From assembly GCA_963802255.1 (NCBI GenBank), contig CAWDHY010000001.1, forward strand, positions 299,842-363,841: a stretch of 64,000 nt of DNA, in the 5' to 3' direction. This document shows, one piece after another, positions 47,946 to 58,241 of the stretch. The notes beneath the pieces were generated by a model. That model was not told the origin of the DNA. It searched no databases and saw nothing but the letters and a program-made list of their open reading frames with translations. The position numbers and the translations under genes are program-made. Numbering within the stretch: position 1 is the stretch's first letter; every line of letters begins with the position of its first letter. This DNA is from Candidatus Magasanikiibacteriota bacterium. Its GTDB lineage: Bacteria; Patescibacteriota; Patescibacteriia; Magasanikbacterales; GWA2-37-8.

Positions 47946-48551
47946 ATGAATTTCCTACAGCTTGTTTTCTATTTTTTCATTATTATCCCTTCAGCCATTA
48001 TTCACGAATATGCCCATGGCTGGATGGCAGACAGATTGGGTGATCCGACCGCGCGTTATGCCGGCCGGCTGACTTTAGATCCAAGAGCCCATATTGATAT
48101 TTGGGGTACTATTTTGATGCCTTTGATGTTATTTGCTTTATCCAATGGCACCTTCTTATTTGCCTATGCCAAGCCGGTACCGTATAACCCGTATAATTTA
48201 AAAAATCATAAATGGGGGCCGGCTTTAGTGGCGCTCGCCGGACCGATGGCGAATCTGCTTTTAGCTGTTGCTTTTGCCGCAGTTATCCGTATTTTTCCAA
48301 CGGTTCCGGCAGTGGATTTTTTCTACATCATCGTTTATGCCAATGTTCTTCTTTTAGTATTTAATTTAGTGCCGATTCCGCCGCTTGACGGTTCAAAAAT
48401 TTTGTACGCAATATTGCCTGACTCGGCACGCGGAGTGCGTGATTTTTTGGAACGTTACAGTTTTATTTTGCTCATGATTTTTATTTTCTTTTTGTTTGAG
48501 TTGATTGTGCCGGTAATACAATGGGTTATGAAATTATTAATTGGAATTTAA
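47946..48551 (+). CDS. Site-2 protease (M50)
   Basis: HEYAH, GDPT, AGP..N, FNL.PIPPLDG. Confidence 0.92.
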   Translation: MNFLQLVFYFFIIIPSAIIHEYAHGWMADRLGDPTARYAGRLTLDPRAHIDIWGTILMPLMLFALSNGTFLFAYAKPVPYNPYNLKNHKWGPALVALAGPMANLLLAVAFAAVIRIFPTVPAVDFFYIIVYANVLLLVFNLVPIPPLDGSKILYAILPDSARGVRDFLERYSFILLMIFIFFLFELIVPVIQWVMKLLIGI

Positions 48552-48571
48552 TATTTAATTTATTTCATTTT

Positions 48572-48919
48572 ATGAAATTACTTCTACGATGGTTGGTTAG
48601 TGCGGCGGCGTTGATGCTCATCGCCATGTATGTGCCGGGTATTGGCATTGCAAATTTTTATAGCGCGCTTATTGCCGCTTTAATTTTTGGTTTGATCAAC
48701 GCGCTGATAAGGCCCCTTGCCTTGCTTCTTACGTTACCGGTGAATATTTTGACGCTCGGATTGTTTACGTTGGTAATCAACGCGGCGATGTTCTGGCTTG
48801 CTTCAACAATTGTAAAAGGGTTTTATGTATCGGGTTTTTGGCCGGCTTTCTGGGGTGCTCTCATTATGTGGCTGGTGGCCTGGTTCACGAACATGGTGTT
48901 GAAGAATAAAGCGTATTAA
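48572..48919 (+). CDS. YvlD/DUF360 4-TM membrane protein
   Basis: N..IRP...LLTLP.NILTLGLF.LVINA. Confidence 0.85.
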   Translation: MKLLLRWLVSAAALMLIAMYVPGIGIANFYSALIAALIFGLINALIRPLALLLTLPVNILTLGLFTLVINAAMFWLASTIVKGFYVSGFWPAFWGALIMWLVAWFTNMVLKNKAY

Positions 48920-48960
48920 TGTTTTTTGTAATCGTCGGGACGGATTAATATTGATGGAAT

Positions 48961-49113
48961 ATGAAAAAAGGCGACGTGAAGCTGGTTCAAATGAAATTCA
49001 AGGAAACCATTTCAAAATTGCGAAACGACCAGATTGTTGTCGCGCAGAAATTTTATGATAAGAAAAGCCGGGAGAAAGCCGATATAATACGCAAAAAAAT
49101 TTCTTCTTTATGA
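48961..49113 (+). CDS. Small basic hypothetical protein (50 aa, not in the ORF track)
   Basis: MKKGDVKLVQMKFKETISKLRNDQIVVAQKFYDKKSREKADIIRKKISSL*; ATGA overlap with the next gene. Confidence 0.6.
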   Translation: MKKGDVKLVQMKFKETISKLRNDQIVVAQKFYDKKSREKADIIRKKISSL

Positions 49114-52100
49114 GCGATGAGATGGAACAAGAAAAAGGGAGAAGCGCTGAAACAGCGCCAGAAAGCGTTGAGCGCGCCGAAGCGCCTGATTTGAATCCTG
49201 AAGCGACGCCGGAAGAAGTCAGCCGGGTTATCCGAGAGTCAGAAGCTGATGTAACTTCACTAAAAGACTCGGGCGAGCAACTGGCGAGTAAGGCTGAAGG
49301 CGACCCGGAAGCGGCCGCACCTTTGGCCGACATTGCAAAACAAGCTGATGAGGCCCTGGTAGTTTTAGAATCGGCTCTTTTATCGGACCAAGATAAGAAT
49401 ACGGAAAAAAGTGAGGGAGAAGAATTGCTGGCCGGCTATAAAACAGCATTGGAAAAAGTCCGTGTGCTGAGCGAGAAATATCTGACTCAAATTGAAAATG
49501 ATGAACAGATACCACTGGATGACAAAGAACAAGAGGTCGCTGACAACGCGATGGAATTAATTAATAAATACTCCGAGTCCAATCCGGGCGAAGCGCTTAA
49601 AGTTTTGGTCGATGCGAAAATTCCGGCCGAAGTTGAAAAGGAATTTACCGAGCGAATATACAAAGATGTTTGCCGGTCAAATCCGCTTGATGCCACAACG
49701 GCGTTTGAGAGTTTTCTAAAAGAGAATTCTTCCATGTCAGAACAAGAAATTCAGGCCGTTGTTGAGGACCATCGGGGTTACGCGAAATCGGTCAGGTCCG
49801 ATTATTTTCACGGCCAAGTTGAAAAATCGATACAGGACGGAGATATTATATCCGCCATAAACAGTTATTTGGATTATTCCGCGGACAAAAATATAGACCA
49901 ATATTTAAAAAATCAGCTTAATGAAAAAATTGGAAACAAAATTCGGGATGAAGTTAAAAAAGATTTAAACTCAGGAATAGATTTTTATCGCAGTATTCCG
50001 GACACTTATGATATTGAAGGCGCCGGAGGCGACGCTATCTTTGATGGAGCGTCGGCTGAATTTTTTGGGCCCAATGGCTATAACAAGGAAAAAATTAAAG
50101 AGCGAAATCAGTTTTTGATGGAACGGCTGAAGGATGTGCCGGAAGTTCTGGCATCGGCCGCCTTCAGCGAACTACGCTGGGAAAACAGCAGTAATTGGTC
50201 CAAAGAGGAGAGCGAAGAAATTTTAAATGCGATTTTGAAAAATGGCCGCCATCAGGAAATATTGGGAAAAGCGTATCTGGACCGGTTTCCAAAAGAAAGC
50301 CAGGACAAACTGAAACCGGTATTGTTTAACGAGTACGTGAAATATAATCAGTTGGCGATATTAAATCAATTTGAAGAGCTGCATGACTTGTTTGCCGGAT
50401 TGCCGGAGGACCGGCAAAATGAGATGATTATTTCCTGGTTGAAAGATAAACCGCGCGATTTTTTACGGCAGCATGACAAATATCCCGGTCTTTTCAAATT
50501 AAACGAAGAACAGACTTCCGTCCTGGTCAGTCAGATAATTATAGAGCTTCCGCATTTACTTTCTGACGTCGTTTCCAAGTTTGGTGAAAAGGCATTTGTT
50601 GACGCGGTAAATAACGCCCGCGAAGCGCGAAATCACAGTGTTATTGTCAGCTTGACCAGATCGTCAAATTTTGAATTGCTTCAAAAAATACTTTCACCGG
50701 ACGCTTTTGCCGCTTTGCAGAAAAGTACCGCTCGTTTTGTTGAACCGTTTACGGGTTCAAATAAAGATAGGGTCCGTCCGCTGCTGGCAACATTGGCTGA
50801 AGCCAATAAAGATTTTTACGCCACGGATACGGACGTGGAAACTTTTTCATCGTACTTGGATACATTTGGCATACAGCCGACGCCCCGATTGTATGAATAT
50901 TTCTCCAATATTCAAAAAATGCAGAAAGGAGAAATTTCCGGTTTACCTGAGTTACAAGCGCAATCCGGTTTGGACACGGTTGAAAAACTGAAAGACCGCC
51001 TCAAAGAAATGCGTGACAAAATAATTAACGGAGAAATACCGACCTCGGACGAGATGACTGATTTTGATTATGATATTTTGGCAGTAGAAACCGCTTTTCA
51101 CACGAGTGTATTTTCCAGGTCAAACAAGAATATTCGGGAAATGCACCGGCAGTTTGAGCAAAATGTTGAAAACAATAAAATTGCGCCTTTGCCGCCCGAA
51201 TATAGCCCGATGGGGCTCAAGGTTGAAAGAGTCAAAATCAATGAATCCGGACTTGAATCTTGTCAGGAAGAATACAGCCGTTATCGGACAGATATTTTAG
51301 AGGCGGAAAAGTTATTAAAACCGGAAGGTTTGGATGCAATGAAAAAGCAGATTGCGGAAGCTGTCGTCGCCGAGATCGCCGTCCTTGAAAGAAGTGCCGG
51401 CCAGAATTTAAACCCGGAAAGATTAGCGGCGCAAAATAAAAGGAAAGACGGTCTCGTCAGTGGCTCTGAGGGAATTTCGCGGTCCGGATCAGTTGATGAG
51501 TTTATGAAAGCGGTTCTTAGATTGGAAAATAACTTGGGAATAAAAAAGACAGCTTCTTTCTCCACGCCATTTTTGCGCCGGGCTTTATTCGCAAAAACAA
51601 TGTCGGAATTTTCCGGTTTTGAACAGATAAACCAATCAATCGTTGAAAGCGAAACACCCACTTTGGATGGCGTACATTTCATCCGTGATATTATTTCAAA
51701 TGCGCTAAAAGAGCATGTACTCAACGAAACTGAGGCGGAAAAATATTTTAATCCTGACTTCGTATTGTCATCAAAGGAAATTGCCAAATTGAGGAAAATA
51801 TTCCCTTCGGATAAAATTCAACAAACACTTGATAATATTGAAGGCAACTTGGAGGGTAAAAAAGAAACCATTGATATGGTGCCGGACCGCGGATTTGCCG
51901 GAGAATTAGCAGGATATTACAGCGACGCTTGTTATACCAGAATTGATAATATGCTTGAGCAGTGGCCGAATGTTATACCATGTAAATTCGTCAGGTCACG
52001 GGAAGGGGATAATACTAAAGAATTGGTTGGAGCCGTAATTTTAATTGAGAGTATCAGCGCGGAGAAAAAGCCGGTTTTGATAGTTAGAGCGAATAATCCA

Positions 52101-52364
52101 CGCGATAAATATTTGGATACGCTCCAGGCTGAAAGTTTTTGTGATGAAGTTGAGCGCGCCGCGGTTGAATATGCTAAAAAACGCGGCATTGAGCAAGTGC
52201 TTGTAGCATCAGCAGCTGGTACAGTGAGTAACCGCGGTAAGATAAATAATCGTGTTGCCGAAAAAGTTAATGCCGGGGCAACGAAAGTAAAGTTAATGGA
52301 CTCTCTTAAGTTTAATGGTTATGAGATTCAAGACGATTGTATTTTAGCGGCCGAAGTAAAATAA
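49110..52364 (+). CDS. Large hypothetical protein (acidic N-terminus, helical body, alpha/beta C-terminal domain)
   Basis: 1084-aa ORF with no recognisable family motif. Confidence 0.75.
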   Translation: MSDEMEQEKGRSAETAPESVERAEAPDLNPEATPEEVSRVIRESEADVTSLKDSGEQLASKAEGDPEAAAPLADIAKQADEALVVLESALLSDQDKNTEKSEGEELLAGYKTALEKVRVLSEKYLTQIENDEQIPLDDKEQEVADNAMELINKYSESNPGEALKVLVDAKIPAEVEKEFTERIYKDVCRSNPLDATTAFESFLKENSSMSEQEIQAVVEDHRGYAKSVRSDYFHGQVEKSIQDGDIISAINSYLDYSADKNIDQYLKNQLNEKIGNKIRDEVKKDLNSGIDFYRSIPDTYDIEGAGGDAIFDGASAEFFGPNGYNKEKIKERNQFLMERLKDVPEVLASAAFSELRWENSSNWSKEESEEILNAILKNGRHQEILGKAYLDRFPKESQDKLKPVLFNEYVKYNQLAILNQFEELHDLFAGLPEDRQNEMIISWLKDKPRDFLRQHDKYPGLFKLNEEQTSVLVSQIIIELPHLLSDVVSKFGEKAFVDAVNNAREARNHSVIVSLTRSSNFELLQKILSPDAFAALQKSTARFVEPFTGSNKDRVRPLLATLAEANKDFYATDTDVETFSSYLDTFGIQPTPRLYEYFSNIQKMQKGEISGLPELQAQSGLDTVEKLKDRLKEMRDKIINGEIPTSDEMTDFDYDILAVETAFHTSVFSRSNKNIREMHRQFEQNVENNKIAPLPPEYSPMGLKVERVKINESGLESCQEEYSRYRTDILEAEKLLKPEGLDAMKKQIAEAVVAEIAVLERSAGQNLNPERLAAQNKRKDGLVSGSEGISRSGSVDEFMKAVLRLENNLGIKKTASFSTPFLRRALFAKTMSEFSGFEQINQSIVESETPTLDGVHFIRDIISNALKEHVLNETEAEKYFNPDFVLSSKEIAKLRKIFPSDKIQQTLDNIEGNLEGKKETIDMVPDRGFAGELAGYYSDACYTRIDNMLEQWPNVIPCKFVRSREGDNTKELVGAVILIESISAEKKPVLIVRANNPRDKYLDTLQAESFCDEVERAAVEYAKKRGIEQVLVASAAGTVSNRGKINNRVAEKVNAGATKVKLMDSLKFNGYEIQDDCILAAEVK

Positions 52365-52365
52365 T

Positions 52366-52524
52366 ATGAAAAATTATTCTTCCAACCGCGCACAAAAAGG
52401 AAAGACGGCTTACCGGACGCCGAGTTTGTTTAAGGCAAATAAAAGCATTAACTATGCGGATATAAAAAGCCGGGTCAATAGCGACCGGTGGAATAAGAAA
52501 ATAGATAAAAAAATTATGAAAAAA
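52366..52524 (+). CDS. Possible small basic protein
   Basis: 52-codon ORF MKNYSSNRAQKGKTAYRTPSLF.. filling the gap before pyrH; 3' end lies in an error-prone stretch. Confidence 0.35.
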
Positions 52525-53207
52525 TAATACCAATTGTTTTTCACTTGGCGGGTCGCTCATCATTCCCAAAACCGGATTTGATATTAAGTTTTTGAAGGTT
52601 TTCAAAAAAATGATTGTTGGGATTAATAAAAAAGGGCTGACGATTTATTATTGTTTGTGGCGGGGGAGCGACTTGCCGGCAGTATCAGGCGGCAGCAAAG
52701 TGGGTCGGGAAAATGACGGCGAAAGATTTAGACATGATTGGCATCCAGACAACGCGTTTTAACGCTTTTTTTATTAAAACAATTTTTGGTAAACTGGCGC
52801 ATCCTGAACTGACAAAAAAGCCGGAGCAGAAATATGCGTGGAAAGAAAAAATATTGGTCGGTGCCGGCTGGGAGCCGGGCTGGTCGAGTGATTATGACGC
52901 AGTGGCACTGGCCAAAACATATGGAGCGAAGACTGTAATAAATCTTTCTAACATTGAATATGTATACGATAGCGACCCGCGAAAAAATCCAAAGGCGAAA
53001 AAATTGGTAAATATTTCCTGGAAAGATTTTAGAAAAATTGTCGGCAATAAATGGATACCGGGTGCTAACCTTCCATTTGACCCGATTGCAAGCAAATTAG
53101 CCGATAAAAACAAAATAAAAGTAATTGTGATGAATGGCGCGAATCTAAAGGAAGTAAAAAAGGCGATTGAGGGGAAGGGCTTTATTGGTACAACTATTGG
53201 GGCTTGA
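52516..53207 (+). CDS. pyrH: Uridylate kinase, archaeal type (5' part has several indels)
   Basis: Upstream fragments IVFSLGGSLIIP and RFIIVCGGGATCRQYQ; D.IGI..TR.NA, PGWSSDYDAV, NLSN..YVYD.DP, PFDP. Confidence 0.88.
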
Positions 53208-53232
53208 CATTTTTTTCACAATTTGTTATCAT
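53204..53232 (+). promoter_or_regulatory. sigma70 promoter of rplJL
   Basis: TTGACA-N17-TATCAT. Confidence 0.65.
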
Positions 53233-53280
53233 TTTCTAAGTCCTTGAAGCAATTCGCCTAAGGCGGACGCTACGGGGCAG

Positions 53281-53325
53281 GCCATAGACAGTAGCGCCCA
53301 ATTGGGTTAATTATGCTACCGAGGC
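53281..53325 (+). promoter_or_regulatory. L10 leader core (autoregulatory RNA)
   Basis: CC.AGACAGTAGC..hairpin..TTAA..GCTACCGAGG upstream of rplJ, matching the L10-leader pattern. Confidence 0.7.
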
Positions 53326-53340
53326 AATCTTACCGGTTTT

Positions 53341-53368
53341 CTGGATTCCCGCCTGCGCGGGAATGACA
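53341..53368 (-). repeat. GTCAT-tagged palindromic repeat inside the rplJ leader
   Basis: Reverse complement TGTCATTCCCGC-GCAG-GCGGGAATCCAG. Confidence 0.75.
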
Positions 53369-53460
53369 AGTGAACCGAACAAGGTCGAAGATTGTTTTTA
53401 GAGTCTGTGGTTTAACACCACAGTTTTATTTTTTATAAACTGCGGTTATAAACCATTATT

Positions 53461-53982
53461 ATGCCAAAATCAAGACAGCAAAAAGAAGCAACACTATCGT
53501 CTTTAGGTGACGGCTTGAAAGCCGCAAAAGCGTCAGTTTTTGCGAATTTTCAGGGTTTAACCGTGGCAGAGGCCGATGAACTACGCAACCTTTGCCGTAA
53601 AGAAGGCGTCAAAGTTTTGGTTGCTAAGAAAACATTGGTTAGAAAAGCCTTTAATGAGCTCGGTTTAGAAGCCGACCCTAAGGTTTACGAAGGCGGTATA
53701 GCGACATTTTTCGGCACGACCGATGAAGTTGCTCCGGCGAGAATTGTTAATGACTTTGCCAAAAAGCATCAAGTTGTAGCGATTTTTGGCGGTACATTAG
53801 ACGGTAAATATATTGATGCCATGTTTGTTAAGAGCCTTGCCGCTTTGCCAAGCAAACAGCAATTGCTGGGCCAGTTGGTCGGCACTCTCAACGCACCGGT
53901 TTCCGGGTTTGTCAATGTATTAGCCGGCAATTTGCGCGGTTTGGTATCAGTACTTAATAATATTAAAGAAGCGAAAGCTTAA
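53461..53982 (+). CDS. rplJ: 50S ribosomal protein L10
   Basis: F.GLTV....LR, V.KKTL, LA.LPSK..LL..L.G.L.AP. Confidence 0.96.
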   Translation: MPKSRQQKEATLSSLGDGLKAAKASVFANFQGLTVAEADELRNLCRKEGVKVLVAKKTLVRKAFNELGLEADPKVYEGGIATFFGTTDEVAPARIVNDFAKKHQVVAIFGGTLDGKYIDAMFVKSLAALPSKQQLLGQLVGTLNAPVSGFVNVLAGNLRGLVSVLNNIKEAKA

Positions 53983-53992
53983 ATATAATTTT

Positions 53993-54394
53993 ATGTCAGA
54001 AGAAAAAAAGGAAGTTATTGTCCCCGAGAAATTTAAAAAGCTCGTGGAAGAGGTTGAAAAAATGTCCGTTCTTGACCTTTCCGAATTAGTTAAGGTTTTG
54101 GAAGATAAGTTCGGCGTATCAGCTGCCGCTCCGGCTATGATGATGGCCGCTGCTCCGGCTGCCGCCGCCGCTGCTGAAGAAAAATCCGAGTTCAATGTTG
54201 AACTTGTGAATTGCGGTGAAAATAAGATCAACGTGATCAAGGCGGTAAAAGAAATCACCGGGCTTGGTTTGGCCGAAGCAAAAGCTTTGGTTGACGGCGC
54301 CCCGAAAATGGTAAAAGAAGGTGTGAAGAAAGAAGAAGCCGAGGAAATGAAAAAGAAAATTGAAGATGCCGGCGGAAAGGTGAATTTAAAATAA
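53993..54394 (+). CDS. rplL: 50S ribosomal protein L7/L12
   Basis: [37 protein letters not shown]. Confidence 0.97.
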   Translation: MSEEKKEVIVPEKFKKLVEEVEKMSVLDLSELVKVLEDKFGVSAAAPAMMMAAAPAAAAAAEEKSEFNVELVNCGENKINVIKAVKEITGLGLAEAKALVDGAPKMVKEGVKKEEAEEMKKKIEDAGGKVNLK

Positions 54395-54416
54395 TTCTTT
54401 CAGAATTATTTTAAAT

Positions 54417-54451
54417 TCATCCTGAACCCCGCAAAGCGGGGTGAAGGATCC
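54417..54451 (+). repeat. TCATCCTGAA-type palindromic repeat variant
   Basis: TCATCCTGAA-CCCCGC-AAA-GCGGGG-TGAAGGATCC. Confidence 0.6.
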
Positions 54452-54477
54452 CTTCGGCAAGAAATAACAAATTAGAA

Positions 54478-54508
54478 TAAAAAATCCGCTCAATTGAGCG
54501 GATTTTTT
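54478..54508. terminator. Bidirectional intrinsic terminator
   Basis: aaaaatccgctcaattgagcggattttt. Confidence 0.75.
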
Positions 54509-55892
54509 ATTTTTTTATATTCGTCTCTTTTGGCGTGTCTCTAACCGTATAACCGAGTTTCGTGAGCTTGTCCCGCAACTCGTCGCTTTTTTGCCAATTT
54601 TTTTCCGCCCGGGCTATATCTCTTTCCCGGATCAATGTCTGAACGGAGACAGGTATAATATCCGGTTCTTTATTTAAATTATCTTTTATTTTTAATCCCA
54701 ATATTTCGTCATACTCAAACAAGGTTTTTTGGCTGATTTTTTTCCCTTTTACCGCCTCCCAGATAATTGCCAGAGCGGCCGGCGTATCCAGATCATTATT
54801 TATTGCTGTTAAAAATTTTTCTTTAATTTTTTCGTTTACCTCAACACTGTGCATTGAGAGCGATGTTTTTCGTTCCAACGCATCCGCCGCTTTATACAAA
54901 TGTTCAAGTCCGTTCTGCGCCGCTTCCAGTGCCTGCCAGCTAAAAATTAATTGTTTTCGGTAATGGGCCTGCAATATAAAATAGCGATAGGCGATAGGAT
55001 TGATATTTTTTTCTTTGAGCGTCTCTAATGTTATAAAATTACCGGCTGATTTTGCCATTTTTTCTTCACCCATGTTTAAAAATTCATTGTGAATCCAGTA
55101 TTTCGCAGGCATGACCCCTTCAGCCGCTTCAGTTTGCGCAATTTCATTAGTGTGATGCACCGGAATGTGATCAATACCGCCGGTGTGAATATCGAATGGG
55201 ATGCCCAAATATTTTGCCGACATTGCCGAGCATTCAATATGCCAGCCGGGAAAACCCACTCCCCAGGGGCTTTTCCACTCCATTTGTCTTTTTGATAATT
55301 TCGGCGAGAATTTCCATAGCGCGAAGTCAGTATTATTTTTTTTACCGCCAAGCGCCACACGGATGCCGGCACGCAAATCTTGTTTGTTCAGTTCGGCCAA
55401 TTTTCCGTAATCAGAGAGTTTTGACGTATCAAAATATACGCCGTCAGCGGTGATATAGGTAAAACCCTTTTTTTCCAATTTTTTAATAAGTTTAATTTGT
55501 TCTTGTATATGTTCGGTGGCCCGGCAGATTATGTCCGGTTTATGAATATTCAAATCAGCCATATCCCGCATAAAAGCCTTGGTGTAAAAATCAGCAATTT
55601 CCCAAGCCGGCTTGTTTTCTCTGGAAGATCCCTTTTCAATTTTATCTTCGCCTTCGTCAGCATCGCTTGTCAGATGTCCCACATCGGTAATATTCATTAC
55701 ATGTTTAACTTTGAATCCATTGAACTCCAGTGCGCGGCGCAGAATATCCCAAATAATATAGGAGCGAAGATTGCCGATATGAGCGTAATCATAAACAGTC
55801 GGTCCGCAAGCGTATATGCCGACTTTTTTGTTTTTTAACGGCTTGAATTCCTCAAGCTGTCTGGTAAGAGTGTTGAATAATTTGAATTGCAT
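54507..55892 (-). CDS. cysS: Cysteinyl-tRNA synthetase
   Basis: [32 protein letters not shown]. Confidence 0.97.
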   Translation of the reverse strand: MQFKLFNTLTRQLEEFKPLKNKKVGIYACGPTVYDYAHIGNLRSYIIWDILRRALEFNGFKVKHVMNITDVGHLTSDADEGEDKIEKGSSRENKPAWEIADFYTKAFMRDMADLNIHKPDIICRATEHIQEQIKLIKKLEKKGFTYITADGVYFDTSKLSDYGKLAELNKQDLRAGIRVALGGKKNNTDFALWKFSPKLSKRQMEWKSPWGVGFPGWHIECSAMSAKYLGIPFDIHTGGIDHIPVHHTNEIAQTEAAEGVMPAKYWIHNEFLNMGEEKMAKSAGNFITLETLKEKNINPIAYRYFILQAHYRKQLIFSWQALEAAQNGLEHLYKAADALERKTSLSMHSVEVNEKIKEKFLTAINNDLDTPAALAIIWEAVKGKKISQKTLFEYDEILGLKIKDNLNKEPDIIPVSVQTLIRERDIARAEKNWQKSDELRDKLTKLGYTVRDTPKETNIKK

Positions 55893-56051
55893 AGAGATAG
55901 TCGTATTTTATCTTACTTTGCGGCATATTTCAATACAGATATACCCATGCCAGTTAAAATTTGATATAATATGAAAAGAATGAAGATTGAGAATTGAGGA
56001 CTAAAATTCCGTTTTTTTATGCTTTAATTCTTACTCATTATTTTTTTCAAT

Positions 56052-57203
56052 ATGGGATTATTTTCAAAACCGAAAGCGTATCTGGGAGTAGATTTGGGCG
56101 CCGGCGGAATTAAGCTCGTTGAGTTGCGGCAAGAAAAAAACCGGCCGGTTCTTTTCACTTATGGCCTCACTTCAGTGCCACAAGATGTGCATCAGTTGCT
56201 GGCCGAGCAAAGACTGGCGCCTGAACGGATGAAAATAGAGCAAAAAGAGAATATCCGCCTTGAAAAAAAGGACACCCCTTTACTTGATGCTTCGGAAGAG
56301 CGGATTAACCGTTATGCTGAAACATTGAAAGCGGTTTGCAAGGCGGCGAAGACAGTATCACAGACAGCGGTGGTCAGTTTGCCGGTTTCTGCGGTTTTTA
56401 ATTCTATTGTAACAATGCCAAAAGTGGATCAGAAGGAGTTTATGGGTGTCTTAAAAGCCGAGGTCAAAAAGCTTCTGCCGTATTCAATAGATGAAATGGT
56501 GCTGGATTATCAGATTCTTGAAAGTTTTTCCACTGATAAAGTAAAAAAGATATTAATCAGCGCTGTTCCGAAAACAATCGTTGAATTTTATACGCGCGTG
56601 TTTAAGCGGGCGGGGCTGATATTAGAATCATTAGAGCCGGAATCCACCGCGTTGGAGCGTTCGCTGATAGGGCGTGATAAAGCCGTTACCATGCTCATTG
56701 ATATGGGGGCCGAGCGGACCAATTTTTTTATTATTGATCAATCTATTCCCATCACCAACCACACAATTGAATCCGGTGGAAATAAGATTAACCGCCTTCT
56801 TATGAACGCGCTGGGCGCGGAGGAAAGTGAAATTGGCGAGATAAAACATGATTTGTTCAAGCGGTCTCAAAGCGGCTCGGCAAAGCTTGATAAGAAGACC
56901 TTTATTGATTATATAATGCCGGTGGTAGATCCCATTGTGAAACAAATTGAATACAGTTTTGGCTTATACTTAAATCAAACCGGGAATGAGAATAAACGGC
57001 CGGAAAAGATTGTACTGACCGGTGGGGCGGCTATGGTGCCGTTCTTAGCTGAGCATTTATCCGACACTTTCAAGATAAAATGTTATTTGGGCGACCCGTG
57101 GGCAAGAGTGGTTTATCAGGATAGGTTGAAACCGCTTTTAAATGAAATTGGCCCCAGAATGTCAGTGGCGATCGGACTGGCTTTAAAGAATATAACAAAA
57201 TAA
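56052..57203 (+). CDS. pilM: Type IV pilus assembly protein PilM
   Basis: LGVD.G..GIKLVEL, A..EVKKLLP, IDMGA..T, LTGGAA, A.GLALK. Confidence 0.88.
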   Translation: MGLFSKPKAYLGVDLGAGGIKLVELRQEKNRPVLFTYGLTSVPQDVHQLLAEQRLAPERMKIEQKENIRLEKKDTPLLDASEERINRYAETLKAVCKAAKTVSQTAVVSLPVSAVFNSIVTMPKVDQKEFMGVLKAEVKKLLPYSIDEMVLDYQILESFSTDKVKKILISAVPKTIVEFYTRVFKRAGLILESLEPESTALERSLIGRDKAVTMLIDMGAERTNFFIIDQSIPITNHTIESGGNKINRLLMNALGAEESEIGEIKHDLFKRSQSGSAKLDKKTFIDYIMPVVDPIVKQIEYSFGLYLNQTGNENKRPEKIVLTGGAAMVPFLAEHLSDTFKIKCYLGDPWARVVYQDRLKPLLNEIGPRMSVAIGLALKNITK

Positions 57204-57212
57204 TTTTTGCTT

Positions 57213-57617
57213 ATGCTTAGGCAAAAAAAGCAAACCGGAGGTCAGCCGCATATACTTTTAGTGGAAAGCGACGCTTTTTTGGCAGACATATATGAAAAAA
57301 ATTTATTAATGGAAGATTTTAAAGTTAGTAAAGCTACTAATGGTGAACGCGCTCTAAAGATATTGGAGGGTAAGGGGGTAGATTTGGTATTACTATCGGT
57401 TCTATTGCCGAAAATGAACGGATTTGAAATGCTTTCCGCTATAAAGAACAATCAAAAAACAGGCGCTATTCCGGTTTTAATGCTTTCTAAGCTCGGAACT
57501 GCTGAAGATGTACGGAAATCAAAAGAATTAGGCGCTGATGGCTATATAATTGAGACACATTTTATGCCATCTGAGATTGTGGATAAGATAAAAAAGATAT
57601 TGTTTCATAAAGGCTAG
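57213..57617 (+). CDS. Single-domain receiver protein with a degenerate phosphorylation site
   Basis: Receiver fold, but VESD, DLVLLS and YIIE replace the acidic pair, phospho-Asp and Lys. Confidence 0.8.
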   Translation: MLRQKKQTGGQPHILLVESDAFLADIYEKNLLMEDFKVSKATNGERALKILEGKGVDLVLLSVLLPKMNGFEMLSAIKNNQKTGAIPVLMLSKLGTAEDVRKSKELGADGYIIETHFMPSEIVDKIKKILFHKG

Positions 57618-57669
57618 TTGTGTGGTATACTATGCGCAATGAAAAATACAAACGAAAGGGGGTGAATTT

Positions 57670-58119
57670 ATGAATAAAAAAGGTTTTACCTTGATTGAGC
57701 TCTTGGTTGTTATCGCCATCATTGGTTTATTGTCCACTTTGGCGGTCGTCGCGTTGGGTTCTGCTCGTCAGAAAGCTCGCGATTCCAAGCGTTTATCAGA
57801 TATCAAACAGGTCCAGACCGCTTTGGAATTGTATTACACGGATGCCAACAGTTATCCGACAACATCAGTGGCAGTGGCACTTGGTTCCACGGGTTATACA
57901 TGTTTGGATACCAATGGTTGGAGCAGTGCTCCTTGTACTGGTGCTACCATTTATATGGGTTTAGTACCGGCAGAGCCGACACCAGGCGTAGCCAGTTATA
58001 TGTACGCCTCACCGACTGGTACAGCGTATACAATTACAGCGACTCTCGAGGGTACTATAAATGAACTTTCCGGTGATATTATCGCTTCCCAGAATGGCCT
58101 TCAGCAAGTAACTCCGTAA
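57670..58119 (+). CDS. Type IV pilin / GspG-like pilin
   Basis: KKG|[26 protein letters not shown]...ALELYY.D..YP; strong SD. Confidence 0.93.
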   Translation: MNKKGFTLIELLVVIAIIGLLSTLAVVALGSARQKARDSKRLSDIKQVQTALELYYTDANSYPTTSVAVALGSTGYTCLDTNGWSSAPCTGATIYMGLVPAEPTPGVASYMYASPTGTAYTITATLEGTINELSGDIIASQNGLQQVTP

Positions 58120-58149
58120 ACATCGTAATTTTCAATATTGAAAATTGTC

Positions 58150-58180
58150 AAAAAATCCCGGTATTTTACCGGGATTTTTG
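58150..58180 (+). terminator. Intrinsic terminator
   Basis: aaaaatcccggta-ttt-taccgggattttt. Confidence 0.75.
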
Positions 58181-58241
58181 TTTATACACGCCCCTTTTTT
58201 AATCGCTAAATTATGATATACTATATTGGCTTAAATGAATT

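Noticed and set aside
48572-48919. 'Phage holin' plus excisionase-like gene as a prophage
   Set aside because: YvlD-type proteins are common chromosomal genes; no integrase or structural phage genes are present.
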